The notes beneath the pieces are model-generated. The model made no database searches and was not told where the DNA came from. It worked only from the letters and a program-made list of their open reading frames with translations. Both the position numbers and the translations under genes were made by a program. 64,000 nt of DNA from an uncultured Ignavibacteriaceae bacterium (lineage in GTDB: Bacteria; Bacteroidota; Ignavibacteria; Ignavibacteriales; Ignavibacteriaceae): positions 15,068 through 79,067 of the forward strand of contig CAYJPN010000014.1 of assembly GCA_964372115.1 (NCBI GenBank). Reading direction: 5' to 3'. This document shows, piece after piece, positions 36,930-45,941 of this stretch; position 1 is the first letter of the stretch; each line of letters opens with the position of its first letter.

Positions 36930-37556
36930 ATGATAAGAGTAGCAGTAGTTGAAGATGATGAAAAAAACCGCAATAATTTGATTATGCTGCTTGAACAATC
37001 ACATGATTTCAGATGCGTCGGCGCCTACCCGGCTGCAGAGATAGCTCTGGAAGATATTCCGAATAAATCCCCCGGAATCGTTTTGATGGATATTAATCTT
37101 CCCGGAATTGACGGGATCGAATGCACCCATAAATTGAAGGAATTGATGCCCAAAATAATAGTAGTAATGCTTACTGTTTATGAAGATACGGGAAAAGTCT
37201 TTAAAGCACTTCAAGCCGGGGCGGTAGGTTATTTATTAAAACTAACAAAGCCTGATGAAATATTAAATGCTCTAAAGGAAGTTTCAGAAGGGGGCTCGCC
37301 AATGTCTGCAATTATTGCCCGAAAAGTAGTTCAGTCATTTCAAAGCGAAAAAAAGAAATCAATCATGGAGCAAAACTCTTTAACTCCGAGAGAAGAACAA
37401 GTATTAAAACTTCTTGCAAAAGGATTTTTATATAAAGAAATAGCTTCAGAACTTTCTATAAGCCCCGATACAGTTCATAATCACATCAGAAAAATTTACG
37501 AAAAACTGCAAGTGCATTCCCGCACGGAAGCTGTTGTAAAATATCTGAAAAACTAA
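36930..37556 (+). CDS. NarL/LuxR-family response regulator
   Basis: MIRVAVVEDDE...VLMDINLPG..G receiver domain. LTPREEQVLKLLAKGFLYKEIASELSISPDTVHNHIRKIYEKLQV LuxR HTH. Confidence 0.88.
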   Translation: MIRVAVVEDDEKNRNNLIMLLEQSHDFRCVGAYPAAEIALEDIPNKSPGIVLMDINLPGIDGIECTHKLKELMPKIIVVMLTVYEDTGKVFKALQAGAVGYLLKLTKPDEILNALKEVSEGGSPMSAIIARKVVQSFQSEKKKSIMEQNSLTPREEQVLKLLAKGFLYKEIASELSISPDTVHNHIRKIYEKLQVHSRTEAVVKYLKN

Positions 37557-37624
37557 TTTACCATCACCAATTTTTTTTATTTGCTGAAGAGTTTCTCAAT
37601 CAGCCAAACAAACGGTGGACAAGT

Positions 37625-37652
37625 TCTCAATTCTCAATTTTCAATTCTCAAT
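37625..37652 (+). repeat. Heptanucleotide tandem repeat (TCTCAAT / TTTCAAT), 4 copies
   Basis: TCTCAAT TCTCAAT TTTCAAT TCTCAAT read directly from the sequence. Intergenic. Confidence 0.9.
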
Positions 37653-37663
37653 TGCTGCTTCTC

Positions 37664-37724
37664 CATCACACTTACACAAACTGGCTATTGTTTGCGCCAA
37701 ATCCATTGCATAGTTTTGATTTGC
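37664..37724 (+). promoter_or_regulatory. Conserved promoter-like element E1 (upstream box plus TTG-N20-TAGTTTTG)
   Basis: CATCACACTTACaCAAACtGGCTATTG..N20..TAGTTTTGaTTTG. A near-copy lies at 38607-38668 with identical spacing. It sits about 108 nt upstream of the OMP gene. Confidence 0.5.
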
Positions 37725-37825
37725 AATAACACTCATTTGAGGTGTAATAATTTAAATAGAACTATAAAGTTTTAGATAATTAATTCACCAGACATCAAAC
37801 TTTATTAACCAACTTGAGGAACAAT

Positions 37826-38497
37826 ATGAAAAGAATGATCTATGCAGCTTTGTTACTGGTTCTTAGCGGCACACTTTTATCGGCTCAAACTAAATTAGGT
37901 TTGGGAGTTAGTGCCTCTTACTTAAGTCCAACCGGAGACTTTGGCGATGTTTACAAATCCGGATTTGGCGGTACGGCTAATCTAACTTATGATTTATCAG
38001 ATAACTTTCAACTTTCCGCCATTGTCGGTTATTCGCAATTTAGTTTTAACAATGAAAAATATAATGAACTACTGAGCGCTTTCTTCAGCTCTTTCGGCAC
38101 CGAAGTGAATGTTGATATTCAATCCAAACTAAAAATTATTCCGTTAATGATTGGCGGAAAATACTTTTTTTCATCTTCCAATTTTAGACCTTATTCGGAA
38201 CTTAATCTTGGATTACACTTAGTATCTGTAGACGCATCATCTATCAAAGTTAACGGAGAAACTCTAAATGCAGTAGTTGAACAATCCAAATCAACTTTTG
38301 GGTGGGGACTTGGCGTTGGATTTCTTTATAAAGTAGCTCCCAAAGTGAACATTGATATTAATGGAAAGATTTGCGGTAACGGACTCGAAGTTGGTACAAG
38401 TATGTCTTCAAGCAGTTCGGGTTACTCTGAATCTCAATCTTCAAATTCTACTGTTACGTTTTTTTCTGTTAGCGCTGGATTAATACTCGAGTTGTAA
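37826..38497 (+). CDS. Outer-membrane beta-barrel protein (small OmpA-like/opacity-type barrel)
   Basis: GAGGA RBS and an ATG at 37826. Signal peptide LLLVLSGTLLSAQ. Alternating beta-strand pattern with aromatic girdle residues. Confidence 0.65.
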   Translation: MKRMIYAALLLVLSGTLLSAQTKLGLGVSASYLSPTGDFGDVYKSGFGGTANLTYDLSDNFQLSAIVGYSQFSFNNEKYNELLSAFFSSFGTEVNVDIQSKLKIIPLMIGGKYFFSSSNFRPYSELNLGLHLVSVDASSIKVNGETLNAVVEQSKSTFGWGLGVGFLYKVAPKVNIDINGKICGNGLEVGTSMSSSSSGYSESQSSNSTVTFFSVSAGLILEL

Positions 38498-38503
38498 TAG
38501 CTC

Positions 38504-38578
38504 ATGTGGCTGTTCTATGAGCAGTTATTAAAAATTATACTGCACTTAAACAACAGCCACATATTTTATTTCTTTATT
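38504..38578 (+). terminator. Long-loop hairpin terminator after the OMP gene
   Basis: ATGTGGCTGTT (38504-38514) pairs perfectly with AACAGCCACAT (38552-38562) and is followed by ATTTTATTTCTTTATT. A competing small hairpin GCTCAT/ATGAGC overlaps the 5' arm. Confidence 0.55.
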
Positions 38579-38606
38579 AGTGCACTCCAATTTGAAAATT
38601 TTATTT

Positions 38607-38668
38607 CACATCACACTTACCCAAACGGGCTATTGTAAGAACACAAGCCATTGAATAATTTTGGTTTG
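38607..38668 (+). promoter_or_regulatory. Conserved promoter-like element E2
   Basis: CACATCACACTTACcCAAACgGGCTATTG..N20..TAATTTTGgTTTG. Same architecture as E1. It lies upstream of the lipoprotein / BNR cargo genes. Confidence 0.5.
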
Positions 38669-38704
38669 GTGTGTTGCATCTTTAATTATAAACTAAAATT
38701 ATCT

Positions 38705-38753
38705 AACACAGCAAGTAAAAAGTTAGAAGTTGAAAGTTGAAAGTAAAAAACAT
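38705..38753 (+). repeat. Intergenic repeat element, diverged copy C, with AGTTAGA/AGTTGAA heptamers
   Basis: AACACAGCAAGTAAAAAGTTAGAAGTTGAAAGTTGAAAGTAAAAAACAT aligns with copy A but lacks the CGCGGCAAGCC hairpin. Confidence 0.6.
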
Positions 38754-38960
38754 CTTTAAAGAAAAAACAAATCGCTCGAAAATGTATTTAGTGCAATACA
38801 GTTAGCTGCATTAGATCCTAATCAAATAAAAAAATTGGTTGAAGATGCAGCCGATGATGTAGGAACTTATATGGCAGAAACATTGCGAGAGGACGTAGTT
38901 GAAGCAAATAACGAAAAACTTGGTAAAAAATAAATATTTTTTAATTGGAAAGAGAAGAAG

Positions 38961-39440
38961 ATGAATTTATTTAATAAAATAAAAATTACTTTGTCGCTGA
39001 TTGTAATATTTTTAACAGTTTCATGCTCAAATAACAGATATACTCCAGATGAAGATTCGCTCAGTAAAAGTGAATTAAATATTCCAAGAGGCTCACTTTT
39101 TATTAGCGGAACAATTATTTCAATTGAAAAAGAGAAATTATCAAAGGATTTAAACAGTCCATGCAGCAAAGTTCCATGCTGGGCATTAGTAAAAGTTGAT
39201 TCCATTTTTGGAAGCGGTAAACAGAGTCCATCATTGCAATTAAACGATTCCATAAAAGTCCATTTTGCTTTCACATTGTCAAAAACGACAGAGGATTTAA
39301 TTCCCAATTTAAGTAGAAAACTACCTGGACTAAAAGAGAATGATAAATTTAAAGGCAATATTAAAGTATTAGCAAGCTATTCGGGAAAAAACAATGTGGA
39401 CAAGAATAGCTATTCGATTGATTTTTATGAAACATATTAA
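38961..39440 (+). CDS. Hypothetical lipoprotein
   Basis: Lipobox FLTVSCSNN. 159 aa. No recognisable family. The overlapping minus-strand ORF 38867-39358 is judged spurious. Confidence 0.6.
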   Translation: MNLFNKIKITLSLIVIFLTVSCSNNRYTPDEDSLSKSELNIPRGSLFISGTIISIEKEKLSKDLNSPCSKVPCWALVKVDSIFGSGKQSPSLQLNDSIKVHFAFTLSKTTEDLIPNLSRKLPGLKENDKFKGNIKVLASYSGKNNVDKNSYSIDFYETY

Positions 39441-39465
39441 GCCATTAAAAATTATAGAGGAAAAA

Positions 39466-42228
39466 ATGAAAATTAAAGCAAAAAAGTTAGTTGGAATAAT
39501 TAGTGCTTTTGCAGTTCTAATTGTAGTTAGTTACACTTCAAACTTGTTTGAAGTTGATAGCAGTTCAAAATTATCTAAAATTATAAAGGATATGAAATCA
39601 ACAAAATCATATACCGATATGATAAATTGGCAGTATGAGAGGTTGAAAGATCCTATCACAAATAAAATACCAGATGATATTAGAAAAAAGGAATTAGCAT
39701 TTTCCAAAAAACTACCTATAAAAAAAGAAGCGTATCAATATAAAAATTATAAAATTAAATCTGCAAATTGGGTTTCAGAAGGTCCAAATAATCAAGGTGG
39801 ACGCACAAAAGATATTATTCCTGATATTAATAATTCCAATATTCTAATTGCGGCAGCAGCAGAAGGTGGTGCATGGCGTTCAACTAATAGTGGAGCAGAT
39901 TGGACAAGCGTAACTGACCCAACATTTATTCAAAATGTAACAAGCATAGTACAAGATACAAGAAGTGGGAAAACGAATAATTGGTATTATGGAACTGGCG
40001 AATATTACGCCAACATTTGGCCCGATGGTAATGGACTTGGTGGTTTGTTAGGAAATGGAGTTTATAAATCGACCGATAACGGTCAAACTTGGGCTCCGCT
40101 TGTAAACACGCAATCGAATTCACCCGCATATACATTTCATCCTTTTCAAATTGTTTGGAATTTAGATGTAAACGAAAGCAATTTGGAACAAAATGAAATT
40201 TGGGCTGCATGTCTTGGAGGAGTTTATGGCTCAGTTGATGGAGGCGAAACTTGGCAATATTCTATTTCAGGAGTAGGTGGTTTAAGTGAAATATCACATT
40301 TTTCAAGCGTTTCAGTTACTACTGGTGGCAGAGTTTATGCTGCACTTGGCTCAGGTATTAATAGTGGAATATATTATTCTGATAATAAATCGGATTGGAC
40401 AAATATAACTCCTTCATTTTGGCCAGCTTCGGTTCAAAGAATTGTTATAACAAATGCACCAAGTAATGATAATATTCTGTACGTTGTTGCCACAACTCCA
40501 GGTTTTGGAATTGTAGGTGAAGATGGTGATTATTCCAGTCTTTGGCGGTATAATAACGAATTTGGCACCTGGACAGACTTGAGCCAAAAACTTCCAGATT
40601 ATATTGACCCGGTAGCTGGTTTCCAAACTCAAACTGGTTATGATGTTGTTCTTAAAGTAAAACCCAATGACGAAAATTTTGTAATTATTGGTGGAACAAA
40701 TCTTTATAGAACTACCGATGGATTTGTGACAAAACTTAATTCAGATAATTGGATTGGTGGATATGCCACAGTAAACAACGTTGATATGTACAAAAATCAT
40801 CATCCCGATCAACATGGCTTTTTCTTTTTACCCTCAAATCCAAAAGTGGTTTTTTCAGCTCATGATGGAGGAATTAGTAAATCAAACGATATTACAGCAA
40901 ATTTAGTCGCTTGGGAATACTTAAATAATGGATATACTACTACCCAATTCTGGTCAGTAGCTATTGATCACGTAACTGCAAATAATGGATATCTTTCTGG
41001 TGGATTGCAAGATAATGGTTCATATCTTGATATGACACCAAATACACAATCTGCTTGGAGAATGACAGGTGGTGGTGATGGAATGGTAACAGCAATTGCT
41101 GATGGAAGTACGTTTTTATATGTATCAAGCCAGGAGGGCGATATATATAGAATTGATTTATCAGAAAACGTTGCATTAGTTAAACCTGCCGATGCTGTTA
41201 ATTTTGCCTTCAAAACACCATATATTTTAGATTCAAATAACCCCAATGTTATGTTTCTTGCTGCCGGGAATAAAATTTGGAGAAATAGTAATTTGCTAGA
41301 AATTCCAAATGGAAATAATGAACCAACCTCTATCAATTGGGAAGTATTTAATAGCGCTGTTGATTATCAATTTATTACCGCTTTAGCAACCACAAAGGCA
41401 AAAAATAATTTACTTTATATTGGTGATAACGGCGGACGAATTTACAAAATTACAAATGCTGCGAATATTAATTCACCATTGATAAATATTTCATCAAGTA
41501 ATTTTCCAAACGCCAGTATTTCCGCAATTGCCACAAATCCAAATGATGAAAATTGTATTTTAGTCTCATATTCAAACTATGGCGTAATTAGTATGTTTTA
41601 CTCAAATAATGGCGGTAGCTCGTGGTCTGCTGTTAGCGGAAACTTGGAGGAATTTTCAGATGGTTCTGGAAACGGTCCTTCAATTAGAGATGTAAAAATT
41701 CTGCCAGTTTCAGATGGATTAGTTTATTTTGCTGCAACTTCAACCGGGTTATATTCTACTTCAAATTTAAATGGCTCTAATACAATTTGGAATTTAGAAG
41801 CACCAATTAAAATTGGAAATACAGTTGTTGAAACAATAGACGTTAGACCAATTGATGGAAAAGTTGTTATTGGAACTTTTGGAAAAGGTGCTTTTAGTTC
41901 AACTTTTACTACAACTGATGTAAATGAAGATGATTTAACTCCTAAAGGTTTCGTGTTGGAACAGAATTATCCAAATCCGTTTAATCCATCGACTATCATC
42001 CGTTATCAAATTCCGGTAGTCGATGCTCTGAGCACCACCGAAGTCCGCGTATCGTTGAAAGTATTTGACATGCTTGGTAGAGAAGTTGCAACACTCGTTA
42101 ACGAACAAAAAGCACCCGGTAATTACGAAGTGAAATTTGATGGAACCAGACTTGCAAGCGGTGCTTATTTCTACACTATTAACGCTGGTGAATTTTCTGG
42201 AACTAAGAAGTTGTCGATATTGAAATAG
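39466..42228 (+). CDS. T9SS cargo: BNR/Asp-box repeat protein with a C-terminal sorting domain
   Basis: AGAGG RBS and an ATG at 39466, after the lipoprotein stop. Asp-boxes STNSGADWTS, STDNGQTWAP, SVDGGETWQY, SNNGGSSWSA. CTD LEQNYPNPFNPSTIIRYQIP...LKVFDMLGREV...GAYFYTINAG...KKLSILK. Confidence 0.8.
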   Translation: MKIKAKKLVGIISAFAVLIVVSYTSNLFEVDSSSKLSKIIKDMKSTKSYTDMINWQYERLKDPITNKIPDDIRKKELAFSKKLPIKKEAYQYKNYKIKSANWVSEGPNNQGGRTKDIIPDINNSNILIAAAAEGGAWRSTNSGADWTSVTDPTFIQNVTSIVQDTRSGKTNNWYYGTGEYYANIWPDGNGLGGLLGNGVYKSTDNGQTWAPLVNTQSNSPAYTFHPFQIVWNLDVNESNLEQNEIWAACLGGVYGSVDGGETWQYSISGVGGLSEISHFSSVSVTTGGRVYAALGSGINSGIYYSDNKSDWTNITPSFWPASVQRIVITNAPSNDNILYVVATTPGFGIVGEDGDYSSLWRYNNEFGTWTDLSQKLPDYIDPVAGFQTQTGYDVVLKVKPNDENFVIIGGTNLYRTTDGFVTKLNSDNWIGGYATVNNVDMYKNHHPDQHGFFFLPSNPKVVFSAHDGGISKSNDITANLVAWEYLNNGYTTTQFWSVAIDHVTANNGYLSGGLQDNGSYLDMTPNTQSAWRMTGGGDGMVTAIADGSTFLYVSSQEGDIYRIDLSENVALVKPADAVNFAFKTPYILDSNNPNVMFLAAGNKIWRNSNLLEIPNGNNEPTSINWEVFNSAVDYQFITALATTKAKNNLLYIGDNGGRIYKITNAANINSPLINISSSNFPNASISAIATNPNDENCILVSYSNYGVISMFYSNNGGSSWSAVSGNLEEFSDGSGNGPSIRDVKILPVSDGLVYFAATSTGLYSTSNLNGSNTIWNLEAPIKIGNTVVETIDVRPIDGKVVIGTFGKGAFSSTFTTTDVNEDDLTPKGFVLEQNYPNPFNPSTIIRYQIPVVDALSTTEVRVSLKVFDMLGREVATLVNEQKAPGNYEVKFDGTRLASGAYFYTINAGEFSGTKKLSILK

Positions 42229-42299
42229 TCAACTTTTTTAAGGAAAGTGTGCTAACAGAAGCTGGTAAAAGAAAAATCAAAAATATATCAGAGAAGTAA

Positions 42300-44237
42300 A
42301 TGAAAAAAAATGTTTTGCTCTGTATGATTGTTTTAATGTCCTCATTTGTAACACATGCTACTAATTATGTTGTTGTTAGCAGTGCCGGTGTTGAAGATGT
42401 GAATGGGGTTTATTTGGAGACCGGATCTAATGGTTATAGTCCCATCTACACAAAATCACCCTATACAATAGAACATTTGGCGGGTGAAGTCTGGATTATT
42501 GGCAGCCGGAAACCTCCACCCGATAATAATCTTTATGAGTTTACATATTATTCTCGCGCTACTGGTGCTAACTTACCGCCAACGAGTGGTTGGGAGCTGG
42601 AAGATGATGGCATCAATCCCGTCCCGACATTAACTATTTGTCTTGATTGGTTGCATCCTTCTTTAACATCAGCTGAGATTGCCTCTTCAACATCCCTAAT
42701 TATTAATGGAAGCATTAGCAACACAAGTCTTAGTGATGAATTGGTTAATTACCAATTTTATTATGGAACTGCATTAGATAATTTAAACCAATCAACAGTC
42801 ATCCAAAATATTAATGTCCCCGCGCAAAGCAGTGTAAATGTAAATGCAGCTTTAGCCGGATTAACTGTCGAAACTATGTATTACTTCAAACTTGTGGCGG
42901 CAACCAATCAAAGTTCAAGCAAAAAGATTTTGCTGAGTATAACCATCCCAACTGCAAACCTAAAATTACATCTTCGTTCAGATTTAGCGGTAACTTCCAC
43001 AAGTTCCGCTGTTTCAAATTGGGGAGATGTTTCGGGTTGCGATAATGACGCGACACAAGCAACTGGCGGAAATCAACCTACATTCATCAGTAATGTGATA
43101 AATGGAAATCCTGTACTGCGGTTTAATGGTAGCACAACAAAAATGTTTTTACCGACGCCTGAAACTTTGGGAATAGAAGAGAATCCATATGAAATGTTTA
43201 TAGTTGCAAAATCAAGTTCAAGTGATATTCAGTTTTTAATTGCGGGGAGCTCAATTGAGTGTTTTGAATATCATTTAAACGGAACTTCCGGGGCAAAATT
43301 TATTCCAGTCAATTCAACATATTTTGACGTCGGCGTTGCTGGTAGTTACACAGATGGGAACGCTCATCTGTTTTCGGCAAGAGCTAGTTAAAGCGGCGGG
43401 GCAGTTCGCGTTGATGGAATTGATGGAATTGATGGAATTGATGGTGGGAGTTCGAGCTCAAATATTCTTTCTTCAAGTAGCGGTAATCTATTACTTGGTA
43501 TTCGGTCAGGTGGAGCCTATCCTTTTAACGGAGATATTGCCGAAGTGATAATATATAACACCGTTTTAAGTAATGAAGATAGAAATGCAGTTGAGCAATA
43601 TTTATCAGACAGATATGTAATAACAAGCGGTGCTTTGCCGGTTGAACTTACTTCGTTTACAGCTGCTTCGACAAGCTCAGCAACCGCTGTTGTATTAAAT
43701 TGGACTACTGCTACGGAAGTAAACAATTATGGATTTGAAATAGAAAGGCAAACCGTAGCACAGATTAGTAATCTGAGTAGCAAATGGGAAACCATTGGTT
43801 TTGTTGAAGGACACGGAAATTCAAATTCTCAAAAAGATTATTTATTTATTGATGAATCTGCGCCAAGCGGAACAATTCAATACCGTTTAAAACTAATCGA
43901 CACAGAAAGAAAGTTTGAATATTCGGAAATAGTTGAAGTTGAAATAGAGAATCTTCCGACAGAATTTGAATTATTCCAGAATTATCCAAATCCGTTCAAT
44001 CCCAAAACGGTGATCGGTTATACCATAGGAACAAGTCATTCACCGGCGAAAGGTTTTGTAATATTAAAAATTTTTGATGTACTGGGTAATGAAGTTGCAA
44101 CTCTTGTAAACGAAGAAAAAAAGCCGGGAGTTTATGAAGTTGAATTTAATGCCTCCCAACTGCCCAGTGGTGTTTATTTTTATCGGCTGCGGGCTGGCGG
44201 TTATGATATAACAAAAAAATTAATTTTGATGAAATAG
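42300..44237 (+). pseudogene. T9SS cargo (LamG/concanavalin-like domain, shared pre-CTD module, CTD) interrupted by one in-frame TAA at 43389-43391
   Basis: Track ORFs 42300-43391 and 43545-44237 are in the same frame. Translation across the stop is continuous: ..FSARAS*SGGAVRVDGIDGIDGIDGGSSSSN...GDIAEVIIYNTVLSNEDRNAVEQYLSDRY... Confidence 0.7.
43413..43444 (+). repeat. 9-bp tandem repeat GATGGAATT, about 3.5 copies, encoding (DGI)n
   Basis: Read directly, 22 nt downstream of the in-frame stop. Confidence 0.9.
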
Positions 44238-44521
44238 TGCCAAATGACCTCTTCTATAAATTGAATATCAACTGTTTTGGGAAATATTATATAAGCGCCA
44301 TTATGCCGAAAGTAATTGTTAAGTCCGATTAGGAATATATGGACCAAATCTGTGCAGCGAGTTGTGATTGTCGCAAATGAGCGACAGAATATGATTTGGT
44401 TTGTCATTATATTTATACATTACTATTAAAAATTGATATATTTACTCCAATTACAAGTTTTACTTTTGGCATAATTCTAAAGAGTAATAGTAATGAATAA
44501 CACCAACTATAGGAGAATACC

Positions 44522-45886
44522 GTGAAAAGACTATTTGTACTGTTTGTTTTTTTTCTTTTGGCATCTGTTGCAGTTTCTGCACAAACAACACCGGTTGTGC
44601 GCAATAATGTTCCGGAATTTATAAAACTCGATAAAACAAAAAACAGTGACGCTTACTTTACTTTTAACCGGATACTCACAACCAGCTATGAGGATAAAAT
44701 TTCTCAAGATTGGGTAAATAATAACTGGTTAAACATGAAGAGATCAATTGATCAATGGGATACAAACGCAGGAACGACTGAAGCAGTGAATATGACGTGG
44801 GATACTCTAAATGGAGTGTGGGTAAACACAATGAAATTTTTTGCCACGTTTGCTCCCAATCCAACCGATTCTACTTTCAGATTTATAAATGTGGATATGT
44901 ATATATGGGATGGTTCAGCCTGGATTCTTAATTTTACCACCGTCTACACATATGATGCAAATAATTTTTTAACTGAAATAAATTCTTCGCTAAGCTTAGG
45001 CGGTAATATGATCCTATATACCAAGGTTATCTACACAAATAACAGCGTGGGTTACCCTTTGACAGAAGTAATGCAGCTTGTAAACTTTACCAACTTCCAA
45101 TTAGAAAATGAAGAGATGGATACGTACACATATCAGCCGGCTAATCCAAAATACCTTACCGATGATGTTAGGTCTGTTTGGGATGGAAGCGCTTGGATAG
45201 ACACATCAAAAACCCGATACACACGCAACAGCAAGCTAAATCCTACTTTAGAAATTGAGTCGGATATTTATGGAGGCACCACCGTTTTTGATATAAATAA
45301 AATTGAATCTGTCTATCGTGCGGGTGATGAACAGCTTGCAACTGAATTGCTTTATGGGTGGAATGTAGGAAGTAGTTCGTGGGTTATACAGAGCAGAAGG
45401 ACTTATACTTACACGACGTTTAACGAATTAGATGTGATGTTAATTGAAGACTACTTAAACAGCGCATATGTTCCCTGGCTCCGGTCAACCTATACTTATG
45501 ATAGTATGGAGAGGGAGATTTTAGAACAGACCGAGATTTATGTTGCTAAAGGTTTTGAAAATCATTCGCGGAAATTAACATCATATACGCCATCTGCTGT
45601 TGGCGATGAGAGTAAAACAGCAAACGGATTTGTTCTTGAACAAAACTACCCTAACCCGTTTAATCCAAATACAAATATAAACTTTTCAATAGCCAGCGCT
45701 CAAAATGTTTCACTGAAAGTTTTTGATGTTCTGGGGAACGAGATTGCAACTCTGCTGAATGAAGAAAAAGCACCCGGAACGTATAATGTAAGTTTTAATG
45801 GAAGCAATTTTTCAAGCGGAGTCTATTTCTACCGTCTGCAAACCGGCAGTAGTTTTTTAGTTAAAAAAATGATGTTGAATAAATAG
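44522..45886 (+). CDS. T9SS cargo protein, unknown N-domain, C-terminal sorting domain
   Basis: AGGAG RBS, GTG start, signal peptide FFLLASVAVSAQ. CTD LEQNYPNPFNPNTNINFSIA...LKVFDVLGNEI...GVYFYRLQTG..VKKMMLNK. Confidence 0.8.
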   Translation: MKRLFVLFVFFLLASVAVSAQTTPVVRNNVPEFIKLDKTKNSDAYFTFNRILTTSYEDKISQDWVNNNWLNMKRSIDQWDTNAGTTEAVNMTWDTLNGVWVNTMKFFATFAPNPTDSTFRFINVDMYIWDGSAWILNFTTVYTYDANNFLTEINSSLSLGGNMILYTKVIYTNNSVGYPLTEVMQLVNFTNFQLENEEMDTYTYQPANPKYLTDDVRSVWDGSAWIDTSKTRYTRNSKLNPTLEIESDIYGGTTVFDINKIESVYRAGDEQLATELLYGWNVGSSSWVIQSRRTYTYTTFNELDVMLIEDYLNSAYVPWLRSTYTYDSMEREILEQTEIYVAKGFENHSRKLTSYTPSAVGDESKTANGFVLEQNYPNPFNPNTNINFSIASAQNVSLKVFDVLGNEIATLLNEEKAPGTYNVSFNGSNFSSGVYFYRLQTGSSFLVKKMMLNK

Positions 45887-45903
45887 TCTCAAATAATCCC
45901 TAT

Positions 45904-45940
45904 CACCCCTCTCCTTCTTAAGGAGAGGGGCAGGGGTGAG
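45904..45940. repeat. GC-rich hairpin element between convergent genes
   Basis: CCCCTCTCC-TTCTTAA-GGAGAGGGG followed by CAGGGGTGA, which can pair with the upstream TCACCCC. It is related to the in-CDS hairpin at 33138-33160. Confidence 0.7.
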
Positions 45941-45941
45941 G

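Noticed and set aside
38867-39358. 163-aa minus-strand ORF
   Set aside because: It overlaps the + strand lipoprotein gene, which has a lipobox and an RBS and is followed in operon order by the BNR cargo gene. The minus-strand product has no signal and no motif.
43389-43391. Programmed recoding (Sec/Pyl/readthrough) at the in-frame stop
   Set aside because: The codon is TAA, not TGA or TAG. No SECIS- or PYLIS-like structure is evident, and I know of no natural TAA recoding mechanism in bacteria.
43324-43548. 74-aa ORF bridging the two halves of the LamG gene
   Set aside because: It is out of frame with respect to the continuous LamG reading frame. Its MELMELMEL translation is simply the 9-bp repeat read in another frame.
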